Shown: positions 1 through 10,852, counted from the first letter of the stretch. The stretch: DNA of 64,000 nucleotides from an uncultured bacterium (GCA_963848635.1 CAWKEA010000005.1:111341-175340); one strand, 5' to 3'. The notes: a model not told the origin generated them from the sequence alone. A program made the numbers and translations.

Positions 1-14
1 TTTCAATTATATAC

Positions 15-1670
15 ATGAACAATTTCTTTCTAAAAATAAAAGCCTTCGTGGTCGGGCATAAAGTCTGGAGCGCATTGATAGTCGTCGTTATAGTCGGTGG
101 CGGATATTATCTCATACAAAAGGAGAAGTCGGCTCAGACAACGACGACGTATACTCTTTCGACCGCATCAAAAGGCACCGTCATCACTACGATCACCGGA
201 ACGGGACAGGTTTCGGCAAAAAATGAGGCTATCGTCGATGCCCAAACCGCGGGCACTATCGATGCGATCGATGTCGCAGTCGGTCAAAATGTCAGAGCTG
301 GGCAGACATTGGCCCATATAGATTCGACGAGCGCGCAACAAGCCCTGGCGAGCGCACAGATCACCTATGATCAATTGGTACAGCCGCCTACTACGGGGAA
401 TGTGCTGAACGCGCAAAATTCTCTGACGCAAGCCTACAGTAGCGCGTTTAGCTCGGTTGCGAGCACGTTCACGGATCTGCAGACCATCATGCCGGGCCTC
501 CATGACATGCTCTATGGCCAAAGCGGTTTTTTGAGCGATCAGCATTCTTCCTATTTGACGACGACCGGGCAAACATACCGCGACACAGCTGGACAAGAGT
601 TCGACAAAGCTAACGCTGAGTATCAGGCAACCTTGGCCGAATACAAGGGAGTATCGCTCACGAGCGCGACATCAAGCATCGCACAGCTCTTGAACGACAC
701 TCAGATGATGGCGGCAGACGCCGTCAAGGCATTGAAAGACGTCCAAAACACCATCACCTTCATCGTCCAAAGCCAACCAAGCTATGACACGAAAGACGTC
801 TCCACAGCCGAGTCCAGCGTGACAAGCTGGCTCAGCCCGGCAACCTCCGATAATTCGTCCTTGGTGTCATCCCAAAGCAATATCGCCACGAACGCCAATA
901 ATTTGAACACCCTCCTTACGGGACCCGACGCGCTCCAAGTGCAAGCACAGCGATTGTCATTGAGTGAAGCGCAACAGAATTACGCCTACGAAGATGTCAT
1001 GGCGCCATTCGATGGAACGGTTGCGCTCATAGACGTCACCCCGGCGGAGCAAGTATCCAATGGCGCGGCGATCGCGACCGTCGTCACATCGAACGAATAC
1101 GCGACGATCTCCCTCAACGAAGTCGATGCGGCAAAAGTATCAGCCGGTCAAAAAGCGACTCTCACCTTTGACGCGATAAACAACCTTTCGATCGCCGGCA
1201 CGGTCAGCGAGATCGATGGCGTCGGAACGGTCAGCCAAGGCGTCGTCACGTATAACGTCAAGATTGCCTTTGACAGCGAGGACAGCCGTATCAAGCCGGG
1301 AATGAGCGTCAATGCGACCATCATCACGGCGGCGGATCAAGACGTCATCATCGTCCCTTCTTCGGCAGTAAAAACCCAAGGAAATATCTCATACGTGCAA
1401 GAGCTCGGCCAGAAGTATTCAGCCGCACAAGAAGCCGCTGGTATCACCTCGATTACGGCTCCAAAAAACGTGCCTGTCACGACAGGCCTGTCAGACGATA
1501 CGAATACTGAGATCGTCTCGGGCTTGTCCGTCGGAGATCAAGTCATAACAAAGACCGTTGTCACGACCGGCGCGACGGCAAGCACAAAAACCGCGGCGAC
1601 AGCGGCCACGACGCGCACGGGCGGCGGAGGTTTCGGCGGCGGCGGCGCGAGCGTATTAAGGGCGCTTTGA
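15..1670 (+). CDS. Efflux membrane-fusion/adaptor subunit (MacA/YknX-like)
   Basis: N-terminal TM, lipoyl-like hairpin (GTIDAIDVAVGQNVRAGQTL...APFDGTV), beta-barrel (PGMSVNATI), Gly-rich tail; directly upstream of an ABC ATPase and permease. Confidence 0.9.
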   Translation: MNNFFLKIKAFVVGHKVWSALIVVVIVGGGYYLIQKEKSAQTTTTYTLSTASKGTVITTITGTGQVSAKNEAIVDAQTAGTIDAIDVAVGQNVRAGQTLAHIDSTSAQQALASAQITYDQLVQPPTTGNVLNAQNSLTQAYSSAFSSVASTFTDLQTIMPGLHDMLYGQSGFLSDQHSSYLTTTGQTYRDTAGQEFDKANAEYQATLAEYKGVSLTSATSSIAQLLNDTQMMAADAVKALKDVQNTITFIVQSQPSYDTKDVSTAESSVTSWLSPATSDNSSLVSSQSNIATNANNLNTLLTGPDALQVQAQRLSLSEAQQNYAYEDVMAPFDGTVALIDVTPAEQVSNGAAIATVVTSNEYATISLNEVDAAKVSAGQKATLTFDAINNLSIAGTVSEIDGVGTVSQGVVTYNVKIAFDSEDSRIKPGMSVNATIITAADQDVIIVPSSAVKTQGNISYVQELGQKYSAAQEAAGITSITAPKNVPVTTGLSDDTNTEIVSGLSVGDQVITKTVVTTGATASTKTAATAATTRTGGGGFGGGGASVLRAL

Positions 1671-1721
1671 TTCAAATTGAAAAGTAAAAATGCAAAAGCT
1701 AAAGTCAAAAAACAGTATCTG

Positions 1722-2426
1722 ATGATCGATATACGAAACATAACAAAGACATACGTTGATGATAGCGGAGGCTATCAGGCCTTGAAAGGCGTCAGCTTCA
1801 CCATAAAGGACGGCGAATTCGTGGCGATCATGGGGCCGTCAGGCTCAGGCAAGTCGACGCTCATGCATATTCTCGGCTGTCTCGACACGCCGACATCAGG
1901 AGAGTATTTTCTCGATGAAAAAGACGTTTCGAAGCTGACCGACGAGGAGCTTGCCGACATACGCCGAGAAAAGATAGGTTTCGTTTTCCAATCCTTCAAT
2001 CTTCTGCCGCGAGCCACGGTGCTTCGCAACGTAACCTTGCCCCTCATCTACGCGGGAGTCGAGGAAAAAGAACGTGAAAAACGCGCAGTCGCTTCCCTGC
2101 TTGCTGCTGGCATGGTCGAGACGCATTTCATGCACAAGTCGAACCAGCTCTCAGGCGGCCAAATACAGCGCGTGGCCATAGCAAGGGCCCTCGTCAATAA
2201 TCCGACGCTCATTCTAGCTGATGAGCCTACGGGCAACCTCGATACAAAAACAAGCGAAGTCGTTTTGGCCACTTTCCAAAAGCTGAACGAGGAGCAAGGG
2301 AGAACGATAGTATTGATCACGCATGAGCCTGACATCGCTCTCCATGCTAAACGAATCATCATGATACGCGATGGGCTCATCGTCGAAGACAAAACGTCGC
2401 ATACGCAAAAAGTGATAAAATCATGA
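1722..2426 (+). CDS. ABC transporter ATP-binding protein (MacB/LolD family)
   Basis: Walker A GPSGSGKS, signature LSGGQ, Walker B LILADEPTGNLD; ATG at 1722 preferred over TTG at 1677. Confidence 0.93.
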   Translation: MIDIRNITKTYVDDSGGYQALKGVSFTIKDGEFVAIMGPSGSGKSTLMHILGCLDTPTSGEYFLDEKDVSKLTDEELADIRREKIGFVFQSFNLLPRATVLRNVTLPLIYAGVEEKEREKRAVASLLAAGMVETHFMHKSNQLSGGQIQRVAIARALVNNPTLILADEPTGNLDTKTSEVVLATFQKLNEEQGRTIVLITHEPDIALHAKRIIMIRDGLIVEDKTSHTQKVIKS

Positions 2427-3646
2427 CTACTAAAGACATATTCCATGAAACATATTCTGCCCTGTCCGCGAACAAAGTGCGGTCTGGTTTGACGATACTT
2501 GGCATCGTGATTGGCATCGGTTCGGTAATCGCCATGATTTCGATCGGCCAAGGAGCTCAGGGCTCGATCCAGTCGAGCATCCAATCGATCGGCTCGAACC
2601 TCATAATGGTCATGCCGGGCGCCCAACGAACGCCAGGCGTAACTGTCTCTACTGGCCGTGGCGCGGCGCGCACTCTCACCAACGAGGACGCGGCGGCTGT
2701 CGTAGCTGGCGTCAGCAATGTCACAGCTGTAGCCCCCCAGCTTTCTGGCCGCTATCAGATCACGGCAAAAGGCACCAACACGAACACTTCAGTGGACGGA
2801 GTGACTTCAGCCTATCCGCAGGTGCGCGCTGTCGCGATAGCCGAAGGAACATTTATCACTGACCAGCAAAATACGAGCCTAGCCAAAGTCGCCGTGCTCG
2901 GACCGACGACCGCAAGCGATCTTTTTGCCACAGGCACCGATCCTGTCGGACAGACCATTACGATCAAAAGCCTCGAATTCAAAGTCATCGGCGTCACGGT
3001 GGCCAAGGGCGGGTCCGGCTTTAACAATCAAGACGACATGGTCTACATACCTCTTACATCCGCGCAGAGATATCTCGCCGGAGCTGATTATCTTTCAGAG
3101 CTCGATATTGAAGCGGACAGCCAGACAGATATGACGCAAGTGCAAAATGACACTACCAGTTTGCTCCTTTCTCGCCACAATATCTCCGACCCGACCCTGG
3201 CCGACTTTACCACCCTAAACCAGGCTGACATAGTCGCTGCTGCGTCCTCTGTGACAAGCACATTTACTGTCCTCCTCGCCGCAGTGGCCGGCATCTCGCT
3301 CGTCGTTGGCGGCATAGGCATCATGAACATGATGCTGACGACGGTCACCGAACGCACGCGCGAGATCGGCTTGCGCAAAGCCATCGGCGCGAAAAAGAAA
3401 GACATATCGACGCAATTTTTGGCAGAAGCTGTCATGTTGACATTCGTTGGCGGCATCGTCGGCATTCTCCTTGGTATCGGCATCGCTTACGGTATCTCAT
3501 ATTTAGGCCTGATCCAGACGCAGATAACTTGGGAGCCAATAGCTCTCGGCTTCGGCGTTTCTGCCGTCATCGGCATTGTTTTCGGATATTATCCGGCCCA
3601 GCGCGCCGCTCGGCTCAATCCGATAGAGGCTTTGAGGTATGAATAA
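2423..3646 (+). CDS. ABC transporter permease (MacB/FtsX family)
   Basis: RSGLTILGIVIGIGSVI, GGIGIMNMML..VTERTREIGLRKAIGA, C-terminal PAQRAARLNPIEALRYE; ATGA overlap with the ATPase. Confidence 0.95.
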   Translation: MTTKDIFHETYSALSANKVRSGLTILGIVIGIGSVIAMISIGQGAQGSIQSSIQSIGSNLIMVMPGAQRTPGVTVSTGRGAARTLTNEDAAAVVAGVSNVTAVAPQLSGRYQITAKGTNTNTSVDGVTSAYPQVRAVAIAEGTFITDQQNTSLAKVAVLGPTTASDLFATGTDPVGQTITIKSLEFKVIGVTVAKGGSGFNNQDDMVYIPLTSAQRYLAGADYLSELDIEADSQTDMTQVQNDTTSLLLSRHNISDPTLADFTTLNQADIVAAASSVTSTFTVLLAAVAGISLVVGGIGIMNMMLTTVTERTREIGLRKAIGAKKKDISTQFLAEAVMLTFVGGIVGILLGIGIAYGISYLGLIQTQITWEPIALGFGVSAVIGIVFGYYPAQRAARLNPIEALRYE

Positions 3647-3769
3647 AACAGGTATAAGCGGAAGAGTCTACGCTCAATTTCCAGCTAAAAATATCTCAAA
3701 TATCTAAGAGAATCATGTTCAAGATGCGAATGGGAAGCATAAGATATAATGTTTTTTGCACATATCTGC

Positions 3770-3844
3770 AATTGCGAATCGTTTGCAATTAGTTGACGAA
3801 AGTAAGCCATATAATCGTACCTAATTGCGAATCATTCGCAATTA
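3770..3844. repeat. Two copies of a 21-23 bp palindrome (AATTGCGAATCRTTYGCAATT)
   Basis: aattgcgaatcgtttgcaatt at 3770-3790 and taattgcgaatcattcgcaatta at 3822-3844, in a convergent intergenic region. Confidence 0.8.
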
Positions 3845-3953
3845 TAAAAAATTCAAAAACGACTTCCTCGTAGCAAGACGTAGCGACATGCGCGGCATAT
3901 AGTTAGTCAATCCCCCTATCGACCGTCATCCGCCGAGAATATCAAAATCAAGT

Positions 3954-4967
3954 TTATTTTTTCGCTATGATAGTCTTTTTATACACATCCAAATGCTCCA
4001 TAGCGATGCCGGTTCCTTTCGCGACGCAGAACAGCGCATCCTCGGCGAGGACCGCCTTGACTCCCGTCCGACGGTAGACAAGCTCGGGAAAATTGCGGAG
4101 CATGGACGAGCCGCCCGTCATGATGATGCCATGGTCGATGATGTCTGAAGCGAGCTCGGGCGGCGTTTCCTGAAGGACGTCCTTCATGGCTTTTATCATG
4201 TCGCGCAGTTCTTTGACGATGGCTTTTGTGATCTCGTTCGTGCGCAATTCGACGGAACGCGGCAGACCAGTGATGAAATCGCGGCCTTTGACCGTCATGA
4301 CGAGCTCCTCATCGAGGGGCACGGCAGAGCCGATCTTGATCTTTATGTCTTCGGCCATCTGATCGCCGATACCGAGGTTGTGGGTCTTTTTTATATAATC
4401 AGCTATAGCCGCATCGATCTTATTGCCTGCTACTTTGACCGAAGCAGACGAAACAATGCCGCCAAGCGAGATGACGGCCACGTCGGTCGTTCCGCCGCCG
4501 ATATCAACGACCATATGCCCGCGAGCTTCATGGATAGGAATGCCCGCGCCGATGGCAGCAAGAACTGGTTCCTTGACAACATAGGCATTGCGAGCGCCAG
4601 CGCGCAGAGCGGCCTCGACAACGGCGCGACGCTCTGTCGATGTGATCGATGCCGGTACAGATACGATGACGTCCGGTTTCCAAATATTCCATTTTCCGAG
4701 AGCCTTGTCGATAAAATAGCGGAGCATCGCTTCTGTTACGCGATAATCCGCGATGACGCCGTCACGCATCGGCTTGTAAGCGATGATGGTGTCAGGCGTG
4801 CGTCCGACCATTTCCTTTGCTTCTATGCCGACAGCGAGGACTTTTTTGTCGATTTGGGAAATAGCAACGACTGAAGGCTCGTTCAAAACGATGCCTTTGC
4901 CGGGCACAAAAACGAGCGTATTGGCCGTGCCAAGGTCGATACCGAGCTGTTTAGAGAAGAAAGCCAT
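3954..4967 (-). CDS. mreB: Rod shape-determining actin MreB/Mbl (copy 1)
   Basis: GIDLGTANT, EPSVVA, DIGGGTTDVAVISLGG, TGGSSML; start moved to ATG 4967. Confidence 0.95.
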   Translation of the reverse strand: MAFFSKQLGIDLGTANTLVFVPGKGIVLNEPSVVAISQIDKKVLAVGIEAKEMVGRTPDTIIAYKPMRDGVIADYRVTEAMLRYFIDKALGKWNIWKPDVIVSVPASITSTERRAVVEAALRAGARNAYVVKEPVLAAIGAGIPIHEARGHMVVDIGGGTTDVAVISLGGIVSSASVKVAGNKIDAAIADYIKKTHNLGIGDQMAEDIKIKIGSAVPLDEELVMTVKGRDFITGLPRSVELRTNEITKAIVKELRDMIKAMKDVLQETPPELASDIIDHGIIMTGGSSMLRNFPELVYRRTGVKAVLAEDALFCVAKGTGIAMEHLDVYKKTIIAKK

Positions 4968-5040
4968 TTGTGGATGGACTATATCACAAAATAGCCATGA
5001 ATCAAAGAATATAATCGATAAAAAATAAAAGAAAAAGCCC

Positions 5041-6378
5041 TCAATCCATGACTTCTTCACCATGAACTCTCCTTATATCAACGCCGAGAGCAGTCAAAGT
5101 CTCTTCGAGCGATTCATAGCCGCGATCTATGAGATGAACGTTATGTACAACAGAATTTCCTTTTGCAAGGAGGGCTGCGAGAACTATTGCAAAGCCCGCG
5201 CGGATGTCGTGGGCTGTGAGCTCTTGGCCGGCGGACAAAGCTTTGTATGAGGTCGGACCAGTGACAAGGATCTCGCGAGAATTCATGACTTTAATATTTG
5301 CACCAAGATTGTTTAAATCGTCGACATACTTGAACCTTCCCTCGAAGATAGTTTCAAAGACGATACTCTCGCCTTTTATTTGGGACAAGTAGACTGCGGC
5401 GATCGGCTGGAGGTCGGTCGGAAAGCCTGGATATTCGTGCGTGCGAATGCTTGCAGATTTAAAAGAAGAATTCTTAAGTTTACCGTTCCCCTTTACCCTA
5501 ATAAAATCTTTTCCTATTTCAAGGGGTACGCCGGAGCTTGCAAGAAAATTTGTCGTCGCTTCCAAATGCTTTGGCTCGCATTTTGAGACGAGGAGGTCGT
5601 CCGCGCACAGAGCTCCGAGAAAAAGAAAGCTGGCCGCTTCGATCCGATCTGGAATCGCTCTATATGATTTTTTGGCCTTTAATGGTTTTCCGCCGCGAAT
5701 CGTCATCGTCGTCGTACCTGCACCATCGATTTTTGCTCCGCATTCATTCAGCCATTTTGCGACGCTCTCGATCTCTGGCTCCATGGCGCAATTCTTGAGA
5801 GTTGTTGTCCCCTTTGCCAAAACAGCCGCCATCATTAGGGTTTCTGTGCCAGTGACAGTCTGGATCGGAAAGAAGATATCCGCCCCTCTCAAGCCGTCTT
5901 TCGGCGCGGTTATCTTGAACATGCCGTCTTTTTCAAGAACGATCGCGCCCATTTTCTTGTATGCTGTGATAAAGAGATCGACTGGTCGCGCGCCGATGAC
6001 ACAGCCGCCAGGCGACGGAAAAGAGACCTCGCCGTAACGCGCGAGTATAGGACCGGTCGTTACAATAGACGAGCGCATGCTCTGCGAGATAAGAGGATCG
6101 AGATCGGCAGAAGAAAGATCCGAGGCATCGATCGAAAGCATATCCCTGCCGCCGCTTTTTCGCTTTTCCACCTTCGCGCCAAGTCCTACGAGCAGGTCAG
6201 ACATGCTATCGATATCGGCTGTGAGGGAAATATTTCGGATATCGATCGCGTCTTTAAAAAGGATGCTCGCCGCCATCGCCTTCAAAATAGCGTTTTTCGC
6301 GCCCTTGATTCGCACTTCGCCGCGCAAGGCCTTCTTGCCCGCGAGGCCTTTTACGACGAATGAGTCAGTTTGGGACAT
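5041..6378 (-). CDS. murA: UDP-N-acetylglucosamine 1-carboxyvinyltransferase
   Basis: GAKNA, catalytic loop PGGCVIGARPVD, YPGFPTDLQ, IDRGYE; start at ATG 6378, 6 nt after TATACT. Confidence 0.96.
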   Translation of the reverse strand: MSQTDSFVVKGLAGKKALRGEVRIKGAKNAILKAMAASILFKDAIDIRNISLTADIDSMSDLLVGLGAKVEKRKSGGRDMLSIDASDLSSADLDPLISQSMRSSIVTTGPILARYGEVSFPSPGGCVIGARPVDLFITAYKKMGAIVLEKDGMFKITAPKDGLRGADIFFPIQTVTGTETLMMAAVLAKGTTTLKNCAMEPEIESVAKWLNECGAKIDGAGTTTMTIRGGKPLKAKKSYRAIPDRIEAASFLFLGALCADDLLVSKCEPKHLEATTNFLASSGVPLEIGKDFIRVKGNGKLKNSSFKSASIRTHEYPGFPTDLQPIAAVYLSQIKGESIVFETIFEGRFKYVDDLNNLGANIKVMNSREILVTGPTSYKALSAGQELTAHDIRAGFAIVLAALLAKGNSVVHNVHLIDRGYESLEETLTALGVDIRRVHGEEVMD

Positions 6379-6540
6379 AAGCACAGTATATATTTTTTTA
6401 GGGAAAAGAAAAGGCAAAAATCTCTTGAGAAAGCCGATAGATAAATGGTTTTCAATATATGAAATTCCCTAATCAGGGGCGGTTTTGTATACCCAGCTTG
6501 AGTGTTGCGCTTCAAAGTCGTATCTGCCATAATTTCGATT

Positions 6541-6870
6541 ATGACATTCATTAAAAAACACAAATATGCTCTAACCTCTTTGCTTGTCAGTATTCTCTTG
6601 ATCTTTTATTGGGTATCATTGTCCGCAGTAGTTCCTGTGGTCTATCCAGGATATGAATCATTCCAATGGGTAATATTCATGAATCTACCACTACCGATTA
6701 CTTCAATTTTAATTATCGTCGCGATATTATTTGGTATCCTAAGTATTGTGAAAAAAGAACCTAGAAGGTTAGGATATATGTCTACTATAATAGGAATAGT
6801 ACCGCTAGGAATGATGATTCTTTATTTTTTAGCTGTAAATTTGATCTGTACTGGCGGATCGGGTTGTTGA
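6541..6870 (+). CDS. Small AT-rich membrane protein, about 3 TM helices
   Basis: Hydrophobic ORF preceded by TTGCGC-17-CATAAT and a leaderless ATG. Confidence 0.7.
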   Translation: MTFIKKHKYALTSLLVSILLIFYWVSLSAVVPVVYPGYESFQWVIFMNLPLPITSILIIVAILFGILSIVKKEPRRLGYMSTIIGIVPLGMMILYFLAVNLICTGGSGC

Positions 6871-6934
6871 AATCCATTAATATAATTTGATTGTTTAATA
6901 TCAACTTCGTTTCAGACAGAATTCTGTTCATAAT

Positions 6935-6963
6935 AAAAAAGGGCCCATCTTTCGATGTGCCCT
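6935..6963 (-). terminator. Intrinsic terminator of the HAF-repeat gene
   Basis: Minus strand agggcacatc-gaaa-gatgggccct followed by a T-run. Confidence 0.8.
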
Positions 6964-6981
6964 GTGATAACCAAAGAACTG

Positions 6982-9696
6982 TTACTGCGCCACTGCCCTA
7001 TAGAAACGTATAGGATAGTTCGTTGCACTCGGATCCATGAATTCGGCTGTCCCCGTAATATTTTGGAGAATAGCGATGTTCACCCAATTCGTGCCAATGA
7101 GGTTAGTCGTGGCTTGGATGTAATAACTGTCAGGCTGACCGACGAGTTGATAGACCCGACCACTCGCTGTATTTGTCACAGAGAGTACAGGCTGTTGAGT
7201 GATTCCTGAAGCATCCACTTCGATATTTGTAATTGTGGTATTCGGATCTGCTGAGGTGAAGGGATCAAGATGGAATCCAAGCACATGGCTCGTACCCACA
7301 GTCGATATCGGCATAGGTAGACTATAGTGTTGGAGACCTGTATTGACGGCGGCTTCATCAATGAGACCGAGCAGATTCGTATCCCAATATACCGACAAGA
7401 GTCCACGACCACCCTCAACACTCGCAAAATCAGCGTCGAATGACAAGAGGTTGACGCTATTTGTTGGAGTAACCACAATTGAAACCCATGCCGGCGTCGA
7501 ATCAGCCGTCAGCCCCGCGAATCCAGAAGACGTCGTTACTGTCCCGTTCTGGCTTTGCCACGTCGAGGACGCAGAGAAGTCGGGAACGATTACTTTTATG
7601 GCATCAGCTAAGATACGCGAGATACAGGACGAATATACGGGACCCAGATTTGTCATTGATCCATAGGATACACCGTCGCCAATCTTATAGAGATTAATAG
7701 CCTTGGCCCAACCACCGCCTTCCATACTCAAAGGAAAGCCGAAGCCGTCGTATGACGGTGGATTCGTGATCGAGTTTTGGTAGAACGTCACCGGCCAACC
7801 GTGGCTCGATTCCACTTGATAGCAGGGACTCGTCAGGTCAGATGACGAGACATATCCAGGAACTTGCTTAGCGGCGCTCGGGTCGAGCGTCGTCACGTTA
7901 ACATTGTAAGCGTTGGCGAGAGGCATGCCGGTCCAATTGCCGGTCCAATCGTCAGCCAGGTAACAGTCAGACCAGTCGGCCGCTTGACCATATGAATTGG
8001 CTTCTTCATATGTCGATCCTACATACGGGTCGAGGAAGGTGCATTGGATAGTTAATGGCGTAGACGCGATGAGCGAGCTAATCCTCATCTCTTCCGCCGC
8101 CGACTCTATGAGCTCTGATCCAGCGCTGTGGGCGATGAAGTGGACATTCGTCCAGCCCTTCGCTGTGATGTCGTTTCCGAGTATCTTTCCGATCTGATTG
8201 GCATTATTGAGGGCAGTCCCTGGGTTTGGTGTGAATGCTCCCGCTATCCATTTTATGCCGATAACTCGCCAATTGTTCAATCCATTGTTATGCAGATACT
8301 GAGCAATCGAATTCGACATCGTATCGACCCATGTAGTGCTTGCCTCGGGTTTTGAATAATCAGCGGGATAAATGATACCGTGAGTAATAACCACCAATCC
8401 TTCATCGGACGTACCCTTGATCGGCGCTTTCGGATACACAGGCAGGTTTGTCTGCACAGCGGTAGCAGCTGTCACTGACCCAAATGGTAATGGATTGAGA
8501 AGGAAGGCGTGGTCCTGACCAGCTGGATTTATTCCGCCACCAACAATTTGTCCAGAATTATTTATACATTCAGCTGATACAAGTATCCAACCAGAGTTGG
8601 TCACAATCAGGTTATTCAGATCATACATGACTGTTCCGTAATATAGCAGTGGGTGGAAACTATTGTTTGCATAAGCATAGCCAACTATTTGACCGCTGTC
8701 ATTAATTGAGCAAGCAATATTTTCAGTACTACCTGGGAACCTTCCTAGATCTTGCATTGAACCATTTTGATAAAGAAAGGCGTCATCAGCAACATTGTTA
8801 CTTGTAAGTGAATCTCCAACTATCTGACCGTTATTGTTTATGGCCCATGCACTACTAGTATCACCTCCCAATGTTCCGATATCATGCATTGAACCATTCT
8901 GATATAAGAATGCGTGAAGAGGAAAAGGGACTTTGGCTGATAATGATGCCCCGACAACTTGAGCCTTATTATTGATGCCATAAGCGAGGCTAAAACCACT
9001 CGACCCCAACAATGTGCCAAGATCTTGCATTGAACCGTTCTGCCACAAGAATGCATGTTCAGATCCACCACTATTAGGTGAGTACCCAACAATTTGACAA
9101 TTATCGTTGATACTATAAGCTACAGTCCAATTAGTGCCTCCTAAAGTGCCTAGACTTTTCATTGAACCATTTTGATAAAGGAAAGCACGTGGGATACTAT
9201 CACCGTTTGTGGATGAGTATCCTACGACTTGACCGTTATTATTGATCCCATTAGCATAACCGAAACTACTACCTGGTAAAGTACCGATGTCTCGCATTAT
9301 TCCGTTCTGCCACAAGAATGCATGTCCTGAATTACCGACTACCTGTCCAGTATTATTTATTCCAGAAGCCGAACTTACATAGCCGCTTAATGCTCCAAGA
9401 TCAATCACTGCATACGTTGGTGGCAATCCTTGTTGACTATCCATCGGAGACACACCGCCATCCATCGGACTTGCTTTTGCAAGTTTCGCCTTATTCGCTT
9501 GTATCCTGGCAGTAATTGCCGGAGATATCGGCGGAGGCATGATGAGCTGTATATTTTGCTCCAATTGTGCCTGTCGTGCGGCAATCTGCGCAGGGGTGAG
9601 CTTGCTGACGCTCGTCTGTCCAATCATATTTCCAACTGACAATAAGGCCGTGAACAGGATCACAACCACAGTTTTAAGGATTACATTTATTTTCAT
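6982..9696 (-). CDS. Secreted HAF-repeat protein with alpha/beta-hydrolase-like domain and ...RFYR C-terminal domain (904 aa)
   Basis: Signal peptide; about 7 repeats of INNNGQVVG...HAFLWQNGSMQDLGTL; ITHG / HFIAHSAG / FLDP / SHGWP motifs; ends EFMDPSATNYPIRFYRAVAQ. Confidence 0.85.
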   Translation of the reverse strand: MKINVILKTVVVILFTALLSVGNMIGQTSVSKLTPAQIAARQAQLEQNIQLIMPPPISPAITARIQANKAKLAKASPMDGGVSPMDSQQGLPPTYAVIDLGALSGYVSSASGINNTGQVVGNSGHAFLWQNGIMRDIGTLPGSSFGYANGINNNGQVVGYSSTNGDSIPRAFLYQNGSMKSLGTLGGTNWTVAYSINDNCQIVGYSPNSGGSEHAFLWQNGSMQDLGTLLGSSGFSLAYGINNKAQVVGASLSAKVPFPLHAFLYQNGSMHDIGTLGGDTSSAWAINNNGQIVGDSLTSNNVADDAFLYQNGSMQDLGRFPGSTENIACSINDSGQIVGYAYANNSFHPLLYYGTVMYDLNNLIVTNSGWILVSAECINNSGQIVGGGINPAGQDHAFLLNPLPFGSVTAATAVQTNLPVYPKAPIKGTSDEGLVVITHGIIYPADYSKPEASTTWVDTMSNSIAQYLHNNGLNNWRVIGIKWIAGAFTPNPGTALNNANQIGKILGNDITAKGWTNVHFIAHSAGSELIESAAEEMRISSLIASTPLTIQCTFLDPYVGSTYEEANSYGQAADWSDCYLADDWTGNWTGMPLANAYNVNVTTLDPSAAKQVPGYVSSSDLTSPCYQVESSHGWPVTFYQNSITNPPSYDGFGFPLSMEGGGWAKAINLYKIGDGVSYGSMTNLGPVYSSCISRILADAIKVIVPDFSASSTWQSQNGTVTTSSGFAGLTADSTPAWVSIVVTPTNSVNLLSFDADFASVEGGRGLLSVYWDTNLLGLIDEAAVNTGLQHYSLPMPISTVGTSHVLGFHLDPFTSADPNTTITNIEVDASGITQQPVLSVTNTASGRVYQLVGQPDSYYIQATTNLIGTNWVNIAILQNITGTAEFMDPSATNYPIRFYRAVAQ

Positions 9697-9788
9697 ATCT
9701 ATCTTCTCTTTCTTTTTGTATTTTGTGTATTTTATTTTCAAAGACGACATACAGCAGGTATATCGTCGGGCTAGCAACTAGAACTTAA

Positions 9789-10852
9789 GTTTTAATAATT
9801 CTCGAGGAATATTTTGATATAATTTGCACATGAAAAAAAGAAACAAAAAAGACTCACAAATTGTGACCGTCATGAGATTCATATATTAATCAGAAAGGGA
9901 TATACTCAAAGTGAGATTGCTGACAGAATTGGAGTAACACAAGGTGCGATCTCATATGAAATCAATCAGAAGACAAGAGATGATCGTTTGTACGATTCAG
10001 AATACTCAAGACACGTCACATACGTTCGTAAGCATCACAAACGTACTCGTGGCAATACGATTGCAGAACACCCAGATCTTCGAAAGACAGTAACCGAATA
10101 TCTAATGGACGACCAATCACCAGAACTGCTCTCTGGAAGGCTTAGAAAGCTTCATGCAGATATTCCATACGTATCAGGCAGAACGATCCGTAAATTCATC
10201 AAAAGTCCATATGGAAGAAGAATCAAAGCAAAGAGAAACAAAATCCACAGAAGAAGAGGTAAAAGAAGGTTGAAATTTGAAATCACTAACAAACGTATGA
10301 TCGACAAAAGACCAAAGTATATCAAGGACAGAAAGAGAATCGGTGATACCGAGGGTGACTTCATTGCTTCAGGTAAAACTGGTCTGGGTATGCTTCTAGT
10401 TGTAACTGACAGAAAGAGTCGTGCACCATTCCTTGAGAAGATATGTCCTGTATCAATCAGGACGATGGAAAATGGTTTCAGAAGAATCAAAAGACGTTTT
10501 CCTGAGTTAAAAACAGTAACTCTCGACAATGATATCTTGTTCATCCACCACAAAGAGCTCGAGAGGAAATTCCATATCAAAATCTACTTCTGTCACAAGC
10601 ACTCACCTTGGGAAAAACCACTAGTGGAGAACAGAAACAAACTGATTAGAAGATACATTCCTAAAGGATCTGACATTTCAAGATATACACGCTATTACAT
10701 TCAAAAATTGGAAGCAAAATTGCAGAGACGCATCATGAAATGTTTAGACTACAAATTACCCAAGGAAATACTCGAAGAACATCGTAAACGAAAAAAGAAG
10801 CCCTAATCGCTTCCTTTCTGTTAGATTTTCCTTCTTAGAAAAATATTAAAAC
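9789..10852 (+). mobile_element. IS30-family insertion sequence (about 1.06 kb)
   Basis: Imperfect 21-bp terminal inverted repeats gttttaataattctcgaggaa (9789-9809) and ttcttagaaaaatattaaaac (10832-10852), 17/21 matches, enclosing an IS30 transposase. Confidence 0.8.
9830..10806 (+). CDS. IS30 transposase; the ATG at 9830 needs one extra A to join the main frame
   Basis: HTH (RLTNCDRHEIHILIRKGYTQSEIADRIGVTQGAISYEI) is in frame with ORF 9988-10806; DDE motifs GDTEGDFI, TVTLDND, SPWEKPLVENRNKLIRRYIPKG. Confidence 0.88.

Noticed and set aside
3770-3844. Palindrome pair with a ~31-nt spacer as a mini-CRISPR
   Set aside because: Only two non-identical, self-complementary copies and no cas genes; better treated as REP-like or operator sites.
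8500-9420. HAF nucleotide repeats as a CRISPR array or DGR template/variable pair
   Set aside because: They are in-frame protein repeats with synonymous divergence; no spacers, cas genes, reverse transcriptase or adenine-specific mismatch pattern.
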